From contig CANQJZ010000008.1 of the NCBI GenBank assembly GCA_947624385.1, positions 2,226 through 66,225 of the forward strand: a stretch of 64,000 nt of DNA. The letters run 5' to 3'. How positions within the stretch are numbered: the first letter of the stretch is position 1; each line of letters starts with the position of its first letter. The notes below the pieces were generated by a model that saw only the letters and a list, made by a program, of their open reading frames with translations, ran no database searches and was not told where the DNA came from. A program made the translations under genes and the position numbers. This document shows, piece by piece, positions 16,864 to 24,335 of the stretch. This DNA comes from an uncultured Oscillospiraceae bacterium (lineage in GTDB: Bacteria > Bacillota > Clostridia > Oscillospirales > Oscillospiraceae).

Positions 16864-19146
16864 ATGGCAAAACGCGGTCTGTGTCTGCTCCTGGCGTTGG
16901 CGGCGCTCTTCTCTCTGAGCGCGCCGGCCTTCGCAGAGGAAGAACCCGTCACGGCGGAAGAGCCCATCGTGACGGAGGAACCGGTCGTTACCGAGGAACC
17001 GGTCGCGACGGAGGAACCGGTCGCGACGGAGGAACCGGTCGCGACGGAAGAACCGGTCGCGACGGAAGAACCGGTTGTAACAGAAGAGCCCGTTGAGGAA
17101 CCGGTGGTCACGGAAGAACCGGAGGTCACGGAGGAACCCGTCGAGCCCACCGAGGGACCCGCGCCCACCGAGGCGCCGGAAGAGCCTGCGCATACGCTGG
17201 TCTATATCAACCCGCTGTACGCCGGCATGGTGACGGAGGCGGATATACGCGCCGGCGCGGACGCGAAAGCGGCGACCGTCGCCGACACGTCCACAGAGAT
17301 GCTCCCGTCCGTCGCCCAGGCCACCGCCGCGATACGGGAAAGGCTGGTGGCGCGGCAGGGCGCGATGAAGATCAGCGTGGCGGCAACGGGTACGGGCCCT
17401 CTTGAAGACAGCGCCGTGGAGCAGCTGTTTGAGCTGGCTCTGATACATACGGGCGTGCCCACGGAGGGCGATTATCTGCGCTGGCAGCTGGTGGGCTATC
17501 TGGCGGACTGGCAGCAGATAACCGGCGGGTACAGCATCACCTTCGTCGTGTATTACTGCACGACGGCGGACGAGGAAGCGTGGGTGGCCCAGCAGGTGGC
17601 GGGCATCCTGGGCGGCATGGGGCTGAACGGCAAGAGCGACTATGAGAAGATCTACGCGATCTATCAGTACATATGCAGCCACGTGTCATACGACTACGAG
17701 CACGCGGACGACGAGGACTACCTGTACAAGTACACCGCCTACGGGGCGCTGCGCGACGGGAAGGCGGTGTACCAGGGATACGCGAACCTGCTGTACCGGA
17801 TGGCGCTGACGGCGGGCCTGGACTGCCGCATCATCAACGGCTATGAGCATCTCTGGAACATCGTGAAGATCGGACCGCTGTATTATTACAACCTGGACGC
17901 CGCCTGTGACGCCGGGCTTTCGGCGTGGAGGTACTTCCTGCGGAGCGACGAGAGCTTTACGGACTCCGTATACCACCTCCGGGCGAGCGGCTGGGACGAC
18001 CCCTCGTTCTATGCTGCCTATCCCATGGACCACGCGGACTATGACCCCAACCACCCGGCCCAGCTGGCCGCGCCAACGGTGCATGTGGCCAACGGGACAA
18101 AGGGCATCACGCTGACCTGGAACAAGATCGACATGTCGCCCCGGTATATGGTCTACTACAAGGAAAACGGCGGCAGCTGGAAAGCCATCGGGACGACTAC
18201 CAGCACCACATATACCCGCAAGACGTCCGCGCTGAAAAGCGGCGTGAAGTATCAGTTCACGGTCCGCTGCTGCGCCAACGACAAAAAAACCATGCTCAGT
18301 CCGTACAAGGCCAGCAGGACCCTGCAATACATCGCCGCGCCGAAGTTGACCAGGGCCGCCAGAAGCGGCAGCACCATAAACCTGGCCTGGGGCAAGGTGA
18401 CCGGCGCGGCCAAGTACCGGATATTCTATAAGAACGGCGGCGGCTGGAAGAAGCTGGCCGACACCACCGGGACCAGCTACGCCTGGAAAAATTCCTCCAG
18501 CACCACCATCTACAGCTTCACGGTGCGATGCATCAGCAAGGACGGCAGCACCTATACCAGCACCTACGACGATGTGGGCAAGGCCGTGGCGGTGACGACG
18601 GCCCCGACGGTGAAGGTGGCCTACGGCTCCGGCGGCGCGAAAATAAGCTGGAACAAGATCCCCGGCGCGGAAAGCTATCAGGTGTTCTGCAAGGCCAGCG
18701 CCGGCGGCAGCTGGAAGAAGCTTATCCGGACCGGGAAGACAAGCTACGTGGCCACCGACATCTCCATGGGCCGGAAGTACTGGTACACGGTGCGGGCAGT
18801 CACCGACGACGGCAAGACCTACACCAGCGCCTATAACAAGACGGGCGTGCCGTTCACGGTCACGATGACGCCGAAGGTCTCGAATGTGGAATGGCCGAAA
18901 TATACGGGCGCCGGCTACCGGATCAGCTGGAACAAGGTGCCGGGCGCGGTGCGATACCGGGTGTATTACCGGCAGCGGTACAGCTCCAACTGGATGCTGG
19001 TGGGCGATACCACGGGCACGAGCATCTACTGGTCCGGGTATAAGCTGGGCACGTATTACGGCTTCACGGTCCGCTGTTACACGGCGGACGGCAAAGAGCC
19101 CGTCAGCGGTTACTACGACGTGCAAAAGTTCTATCGCTACGGATAA
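16864..19146 (+). CDS. secreted surface protein paralog: signal peptide, EEPV linker, transglutaminase-like domain with Cys replaced by Tyr, four C-terminal FN3-like repeats
   Basis: The domain GKAVYQGYANLLYRMALTAGLDCRIINGYEHLWNIVKIGPLYYYNLDA matches the transglutaminase-like core (G.C.GYA...G....HaWN...Y..D) except at the nucleophile position. FN3-like repeats follow, as in genes 1 and 2. Confidence 0.85.
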   Translation: MAKRGLCLLLALAALFSLSAPAFAEEEPVTAEEPIVTEEPVVTEEPVATEEPVATEEPVATEEPVATEEPVVTEEPVEEPVVTEEPEVTEEPVEPTEGPAPTEAPEEPAHTLVYINPLYAGMVTEADIRAGADAKAATVADTSTEMLPSVAQATAAIRERLVARQGAMKISVAATGTGPLEDSAVEQLFELALIHTGVPTEGDYLRWQLVGYLADWQQITGGYSITFVVYYCTTADEEAWVAQQVAGILGGMGLNGKSDYEKIYAIYQYICSHVSYDYEHADDEDYLYKYTAYGALRDGKAVYQGYANLLYRMALTAGLDCRIINGYEHLWNIVKIGPLYYYNLDAACDAGLSAWRYFLRSDESFTDSVYHLRASGWDDPSFYAAYPMDHADYDPNHPAQLAAPTVHVANGTKGITLTWNKIDMSPRYMVYYKENGGSWKAIGTTTSTTYTRKTSALKSGVKYQFTVRCCANDKKTMLSPYKASRTLQYIAAPKLTRAARSGSTINLAWGKVTGAAKYRIFYKNGGGWKKLADTTGTSYAWKNSSSTTIYSFTVRCISKDGSTYTSTYDDVGKAVAVTTAPTVKVAYGSGGAKISWNKIPGAESYQVFCKASAGGSWKKLIRTGKTSYVATDISMGRKYWYTVRAVTDDGKTYTSAYNKTGVPFTVTMTPKVSNVEWPKYTGAGYRISWNKVPGAVRYRVYYRQRYSSNWMLVGDTTGTSIYWSGYKLGTYYGFTVRCYTADGKEPVSGYYDVQKFYRYG
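16939..17145 (+). repeat. in-frame 18-nt tandem repeat (EEPVAT linker); the core is nearly perfect
   Basis: gaggaaccggtcgcgacg x3 (16993-17046), then gaagaaccggtcgcgacg and diverged flanking units. Confidence 0.8.
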
Positions 19147-19155
19147 ATCGTTATA

Positions 19156-19198
19156 AAGTTCAACGCCCCCGGCTCAAAGAGCCGGGGGCGTTGAACTT
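19156..19198. terminator. bidirectional terminator between surface-protein gene 3 (+) and the CBS gene (-)
   Basis: 20-bp perfect stem aagttcaacgcccccggctc / gagccgggggcgttgaactt with an aaa loop. Confidence 0.75.
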
Positions 19199-19626
19199 TA
19201 CCCTCTTCTTACATTGGCCGATATATCGCCCAGGAGGGAGGCGGCCTCCATGGTCAGGGCGCTGCGGCGGGCGATGTCCGCCAGGGACACCATGCCCACG
19301 GGCCGGCCGTCCTCCGTCACCGGGACCCGCCGCACCTGCTCCCGGGCCATAAGGTTGGCGGCCTGGCGCACGTCGTCCGTGCCGCGGCAGGTCAGGATGC
19401 CCCGGGTCATGATCTCCTTGAGCGGCGTGTCCGCCGGGTCATAGTCCATGGCCACGCACCGGGTCACGATGTCCCGGTCCGTCACAAGGCCCCGGAGCTT
19501 CCCGCTGTCGTCGCACACCGGCAAGGCCCCCAGATTGTGCCGCTTCATGAGCCTCGCGGCCGCCGCCACCGGGTCGGTCTGGTTCACGGTCACGATGTGC
19601 GCCGACATGATCTCTGCCACTTTCAT
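19198..19626 (-). CDS. CBS domain pair protein
   Basis: Start at MKVAEIMSAHIVTV. Two CBS motifs (LGALPVCD..GKLRGLVTDRDI and RRVPVTEDGRPVGMVSLADI). Confidence 0.85.
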   Translation of the reverse strand: MKVAEIMSAHIVTVNQTDPVAAAARLMKRHNLGALPVCDDSGKLRGLVTDRDIVTRCVAMDYDPADTPLKEIMTRGILTCRGTDDVRQAANLMAREQVRRVPVTEDGRPVGMVSLADIARRSALTMEAASLLGDISANVRRG

Positions 19627-19690
19627 TTTTTGCCCCCCTATGGTATTATGTACGCGGGATAAGCTACAGTATGCCCGCGTCAGGGCGGTT

Positions 19691-20806
19691 TTATGCATTG
19701 ATTTTCTCTGCCAGCGCGGGACCGACCACCTGGGCGAAAAGCTCCGCCGAGGTCAGCGCCTCGGCCAGGGTGTTGCCGTCGGTGCCGATTTCCAGGAGCA
19801 CGCTGGCGGGCGTGAGCTGCTGGTTATACCGGTTGGAGCTTAAGAGCGCCGGGCGCATGAGGTGGGGATATTCCCGGTCCAGCAGCCCTTGCAGGCTCAT
19901 GGCGAAGGCCAGGTTTTCCCGCCAGTTGGGGTGGGGCAGCGTCTCGTCCGTGCCCACCACGAACATCATCTGCGCCGCCTCCGGCTGAAGCGTGTCGGAC
20001 ACGGTCTTGTAAACGGCGGTGTCGTCCCCGATGGCGTCCCGGTGCAGGTCGATGACCACCCGGATGGTGGGGTATTGGGCGAGATAGTCCTCGATGGCCT
20101 CGCCGCTGCGGGCATAGGCCCCGTCATAGTTGGGCCAGTCGTAGAGCCCGTCGTCCACCAGCACGTCCAGCCCGTATGTTTCCAGCGCCTCGCCCAGGGC
20201 ATGGCCCACCTTGCGGATGCCGTGGTCCGGGTCTGTGGTGCGGTAATCGCCGCTGGCCTGGTATTGGTCAGACCCGTCGGGGGTAAATGCCTCCGTGCCG
20301 TGGGTGTGGATGATGAGTATCTGCGGCCCCTGGGCCGGCAATGTCACGTCCGGCGCCTTGTCCAGCAGCGCTGCCGCGTCCACGGAAAACTCCGTGTCGT
20401 TTTGCAGCGGTCCGCTTCCGGTGATGGTGGTGGAGATGACCTCCGCCGCCGGTTCCCACAGGTCCCCCGCCGGGGCGGCATTTGCCGGTTCTGATGTAGG
20501 CGTGGGCGTGGGCGGGACCGTGGCCGTCACAGCCGCCGTCGGCGCCGGCGGGACGGTGACCGGCGCGTAGGTGGGGGCTGTCTTCGCCTCCGGCAGGACC
20601 GAGGTCCCCCGGGTCGGCGACGGGGATACGATGGGCGATACCGGCGGCACTTCGGTGTTTTCCGGCGCGGGCGAGGCGGTCCGGCGGGGAAACAGGCCGG
20701 CGGCCACGTCCTCGGGCAGCTCCGTCACGGGTATGACGCCGGACACGACGCCCAGGAACAGGAAACAAACGAGCAGCAGCACGGCGGAAAACAGCTTGAA
20801 CTTCAA
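19691..20806 (-). CDS. spoIIP: stage II sporulation protein P
   Basis: ILIIHTHGTEAF...VVIDLHRDA...NRYNQ SpoIIP amidase pattern. TTG start at 20806 is preferred (AAAGGGGG 7 nt upstream); the alternative ATG at 20848 has no SD. Confidence 0.8.
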   Translation of the reverse strand: MKFKLFSAVLLLVCFLFLGVVSGVIPVTELPEDVAAGLFPRRTASPAPENTEVPPVSPIVSPSPTRGTSVLPEAKTAPTYAPVTVPPAPTAAVTATVPPTPTPTSEPANAAPAGDLWEPAAEVISTTITGSGPLQNDTEFSVDAAALLDKAPDVTLPAQGPQILIIHTHGTEAFTPDGSDQYQASGDYRTTDPDHGIRKVGHALGEALETYGLDVLVDDGLYDWPNYDGAYARSGEAIEDYLAQYPTIRVVIDLHRDAIGDDTAVYKTVSDTLQPEAAQMMFVVGTDETLPHPNWRENLAFAMSLQGLLDREYPHLMRPALLSSNRYNQQLTPASVLLEIGTDGNTLAEALTSAELFAQVVGPALAEKINA

Positions 20807-20936
20807 GCCAATGCCCCCTTTCTGGCGTATGGAGATGCTGTGACACATTTTATGTATCAATGAAGTATATGCGGACCGGCGGAAAAATATGCCGGAAAAC
20901 ATAAAGAAATTTATCTTGAAAGGAGAAAACATAAAA

Positions 20937-21179
20937 ATGGAAGTGACCTATCAGCCCAAGGGCGTATGCTCCCGTCTGATGCACGTGACGGCCGAGGACG
21001 GCGTCATAAAAAGTGTGGAGGTAGTGGGGGGCTGCAACGGAAATCTCCAGGGAATCACCCGCCTGGTGGAGGGAATGCGCGTGGAAGACGCCATATCCCG
21101 CCTGGACGGTATACAGTGCGGCGGCAAGGGCACATCCTGCCCGGATCAGCTGGCGCAGGCCCTAAAACAGTTGACATAA
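20937..21179 (+). CDS. TSCPD-domain small protein (TIGR03905-like 4-Cys family)
   Basis: MEVTYQPKGVCSRLMHVTAEDGVIKSVEVVGGCNGNLQGI...CGGKGTSCPDQLA, with GAAAGGAG upstream. Confidence 0.8.
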   Translation: MEVTYQPKGVCSRLMHVTAEDGVIKSVEVVGGCNGNLQGITRLVEGMRVEDAISRLDGIQCGGKGTSCPDQLAQALKQLT

Positions 21180-21510
21180 TCTGCAAGAAAAATTGCGTTT
21201 TTGTCAACATAACGCCCCGGTCGTCGGGGTGTGAGCGGCTGTTTTTTTGGAAGATTCTGTCGAATTTTTGGTCGTTTTCCAGAATATTCCAATTCCCGGC
21301 CACAAGATATTGACGGGATTTCGGCAACTTGTGGAAAATTCACACAATTGATTGTGCATTTGTTACAATTTCCAATTTGAAACCCCGTCGTTTTGACACA
21401 ATGCCAATTGTTTTGGACGCTTTTCTTTAGCTATAATAAGGATACCAAAATGAATTTTGGGAATTTATTCCCTGCATTTTGGCCCATTACGCGAAAGGGA
21501 GGCAGTCCGA

Positions 21511-22431
21511 ATGAAGAACCGGTGGTTGATGAAGATCGCGGCGGTCCTGTGCGCGCTCTGCCTCGCCATGGGCGTGATGAGCCAGGCGGTGTTCGCCCGG
21601 GACGACGAGGGCGAGCAGCCGGTCTATGTGCCCGAGGAGCCGGAGGCCACGTTCGTGGTCCTGAACGGCGAGGCCACGCCGGAGCCGGAGGTGACGGACA
21701 ACCGCACAACCCTGCCCGTGTACGTGAACGGGGAGCAGGTGGGCCAGTGTACTATGATCGGCGGCCAGCCCTACATGCGCGTGACGGAGCTGTGCCAGAT
21801 CCTTGGGCCGGACGCGCAGGTGGCGGACAACGGCAATGCGGTGTCCATGGCGATGAGCGGCCTGGTGCTGACGGCCCAGATCGGCCAGCAGTATCTGGCG
21901 TGCAACGGCCGGTACCTCTATCTGGAGGCAGGCCCTCAGCTGGCGGACGGCGCGGTGGCGCTGCCGGTGGAGGATCTGGTCAAGTGCCTGGGCCTGACCG
22001 CGTATTGGGACCGGGCCCGCTGGGAGCTTTCTTTGGCGGACACGCAGGTGAAGCCCCTGACCAACGGCGAGGACGTGTATGACGAGACGGACGTGTTCTG
22101 GCTCAGCCGCCTGATCTACGCGATGGCGGCGGAACAGCCGCTGCAGGTCCAGCTGGCGGTGGGCGACGTGTGCGTCAACCGGATCGGAAACGGCCGTTTC
22201 GCCGGGCAGCACAACGTCTACGAGGTCATCTTCGCCAAGAACCAGTTCGACGTGGTGACAAACGGCATGATCTACTCCCAGCCGGACGAGACGGCCACGG
22301 TGGCGGCCAAGCTGGCGCTGGAGGGCTGCGACGTGACCGGCGGCGCCAACTATGTGGCCGAGAGCGAGCTGGGCGACGGCTACGAGCTTTCCGCGGCCTT
22401 CGGGAGCTTCCGGTTCTATAAGGCGGTTTGA
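21511..22431 (+). CDS. secreted cell wall hydrolase (SleB/Hydrolase_2 family) with an N-terminal copper-amine-oxidase-like stalk domain
   Basis: Signal peptide MKNRWLMKIAAVLCALCLAMG. C-terminal LIYAMAAEQPLQVQLAVGDVCVNRI....VIFAKNQFDVV pattern. Confidence 0.85.
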   Translation: MKNRWLMKIAAVLCALCLAMGVMSQAVFARDDEGEQPVYVPEEPEATFVVLNGEATPEPEVTDNRTTLPVYVNGEQVGQCTMIGGQPYMRVTELCQILGPDAQVADNGNAVSMAMSGLVLTAQIGQQYLACNGRYLYLEAGPQLADGAVALPVEDLVKCLGLTAYWDRARWELSLADTQVKPLTNGEDVYDETDVFWLSRLIYAMAAEQPLQVQLAVGDVCVNRIGNGRFAGQHNVYEVIFAKNQFDVVTNGMIYSQPDETATVAAKLALEGCDVTGGANYVAESELGDGYELSAAFGSFRFYKAV

Positions 22432-22456
22432 TCGTCGGAGCGCGCATGGCTAGGCC

Positions 22457-22591
22457 GGGGTTCGCCGCAAGCGACAAACCCCAAATAGCCAGCGGCTCCT
22501 CCTCTCCCCACGCGACAGGCGTGCCGCGTGGGGGCCCCAACAAAATGGAAGAAGATTTAAAATAATTACGGCCCCCTCTGACGAGGGGGCC
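22457..22591. repeat. GC-rich mosaic hairpin repeat, locus E
   Basis: ccccacgcg/cgcgtgggg hairpin (22506-22533) and ggccccctc/gagggggcc hairpin (22570-22591). Same composite as 38885-38969. Confidence 0.8.
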
Positions 22592-22615
22592 GGTTACGCG
22601 TTTGGAGAGTGAAAT

Positions 22616-23323
22616 ATGGACGAGATCATTCGCGAGGGCCTGGCGGCCATGGGCGTGGCGGCCACGCCGGAGCAGGTGCGGACCCTGGCGGCCTACGGCG
22701 AGATGCTGCTGCGGGCCAACGAGACGACGAACCTGACGGCCATCCGGGACCCGGCCGCCGCGGCGCGGCTGCACTTTCTGGACAGCGCCGCGCTTTTGAC
22801 CGTGGCGGACTTCTCCGGGGGCAAGGCCGTGGCGGACGTGGGGTCCGGGGCGGGCTTTCCCGGCGTGCCGCTGCGCATATTGCGGCCCGACATACAGCTT
22901 ACCTGCCTGGACAGCGTGGGCAAAAAGATGGACTTCGTGCGCCAAAGCTGCGCCGAATTGGGCATGGAGGACGTGCGGTGCCTCTGGGGCCGGGCGGAGG
23001 AACAGCCCCAGCTGCGGGAGCGGTTCGACATCGTGACCAGCCGGGCGGTGGCCGAGCTGCATTTACTGGCGGAGCTGTGTCTGCCGCTGGTGAAGGTGGG
23101 CGGACTGTTCCTGGCCATGAAAAACCCGGACTGCGACGAGGAAGCGGCCCGCGGTGACTTCGCCGTGCGGACAATGGGAGGACGCGTCCGGGAGATACGC
23201 CGCTACGATGTCCCCGGCGCGGACGCCACCCACGCGGTGGTGGTCGTCGAGAAGGTCAAGCAAACCCCGCCGCAGTATCCACGGCGGTGGGCGCAGATCA
23301 GGAAAAAGCCCCTGCTGGGGTGA
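22616..23323 (+). CDS. rsmG: 16S rRNA (guanine527-N7)-methyltransferase RsmG
   Basis: NLTAIRDP....HFLDS and DVGSGAGFPGVPL SAM-binding motif. Confidence 0.9.
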   Translation: MDEIIREGLAAMGVAATPEQVRTLAAYGEMLLRANETTNLTAIRDPAAAARLHFLDSAALLTVADFSGGKAVADVGSGAGFPGVPLRILRPDIQLTCLDSVGKKMDFVRQSCAELGMEDVRCLWGRAEEQPQLRERFDIVTSRAVAELHLLAELCLPLVKVGGLFLAMKNPDCDEEAARGDFAVRTMGGRVREIRRYDVPGADATHAVVVVEKVKQTPPQYPRRWAQIRKKPLLG

Positions 23324-23326
23324 GGT

Positions 23327-24106
23327 ATGACGATGATGACGAACGAGGAAATTTGGCGTGTGGCGCTGGAACAGTCGGCCATCGACTGCAACTGCGCGCC
23401 GGAGGATTTGCTGCGCACGGAGAACGCGATCGCCGCCGCGAACGCAGACCCGCGGGCGCGGGTCTACCTGCCCAGGCCGGTGGAGTGCGAGATGGTGAGC
23501 TATGGCAGCAACGTGGTGGCCCAGGTGAGCGAGCGGGTCCGGGCGGCGGTGACAGGGTATGTGAACGCCTACCCGGCCAGCCGCGCCTTTGAGACGCCCC
23601 ATATCTACGTGCTCAACGAGGCTCTGCGGCCATTCGGGCTGGCGGTGTGCTACATCGCGGAGTACTTTCTGCCGGACGTGACCGCGCTGCGAGCGCTGGA
23701 CTGCCCTTATGAGCTGCGGCTGCTGGGTCCGGAGGGGTTCGCGGGGCTATATAAGCCGGAGTGGAGCAACGCCCTGTGCGCTGATCGGAAAGAGCGGGAC
23801 ATGCTGGCCCTGGGGGCATACGACGGGGACACGCTGGTGGGTCTGGCTGGGGTGTCCGCCGACTGTGAGGACATGTGGCAGATCGGCGTGGACGTGCTGC
23901 CGGCGTACCGCCGCCGGGGCGTGGCCTCGGCGCTGACCAGCCGGCTGGCGCTGGAGGTGTTCGACCGGGGCAAAGTCCCCTTTTACTGCGCGGCCTGGTG
24001 CAATCTCAAGAGCGTGCGCAACGCCCTTAAGTGCGGGTTTCGCCCCGCCTGGGTGGAGCTGACGGCCCGGGACTTCGGGCATATCGAGGAATTGAACAAA
24101 TTATGA
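23327..24106 (+). CDS. GNAT family N-acetyltransferase
   Basis: C-terminal acetyl-CoA motif VLPAYRRRGVASALTSRL. Confidence 0.75.
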   Translation: MTMMTNEEIWRVALEQSAIDCNCAPEDLLRTENAIAAANADPRARVYLPRPVECEMVSYGSNVVAQVSERVRAAVTGYVNAYPASRAFETPHIYVLNEALRPFGLAVCYIAEYFLPDVTALRALDCPYELRLLGPEGFAGLYKPEWSNALCADRKERDMLALGAYDGDTLVGLAGVSADCEDMWQIGVDVLPAYRRRGVASALTSRLALEVFDRGKVPFYCAAWCNLKSVRNALKCGFRPAWVELTARDFGHIEELNKL

Positions 24107-24119
24107 TATCTTTACCTTA

Positions 24120-24247
24120 TTGACGGCCCCCTTGTGAAAGGGGGCTGTCATGCGTCAGCATGACTGGGGGATTGTCGTATATCTTACAGCAATCCCCCCG
24201 AGCCGCCTTGCGGCGGCCCACCCCCCTTTGACAAGGGGGGCTTTCAA
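24120..24247. repeat. approx. 125-nt composite hairpin repeat, copy 2 of 3 (locus F)
   Basis: Differs from 16649-16774 at only a handful of positions. Confidence 0.9.
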
Positions 24248-24335
24248 AGCGGAGGGTTGCCCCTTGCCTTTTTCTGTTTCTTTTTTCCGGAAAATATGGT
24301 ATGATTTCAGAAAACCCACGGAAAGGACGGGCGGC

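Noticed and set aside
16975-17082. Regular short tandem repeats, considered as a possible CRISPR array.
   Set aside because: The units are 18 nt with no spacers, they are in frame inside a CDS and encode EEPVAT, and no cas genes are present. I saw no CRISPR-like repeat-spacer structure anywhere in the window.
24150-24335. N-terminal 62-codon extension of the polA ORF. Similar 5' extensions occur at 42394-43977, 43503-44375, 45435-46442, 51141-52403, 52703-54142 and 57191-58540.
   Set aside because: The extensions translate intergenic repeat or upstream-gene sequence. Internal starts with good SD sequences and family-typical N-termini were chosen instead.
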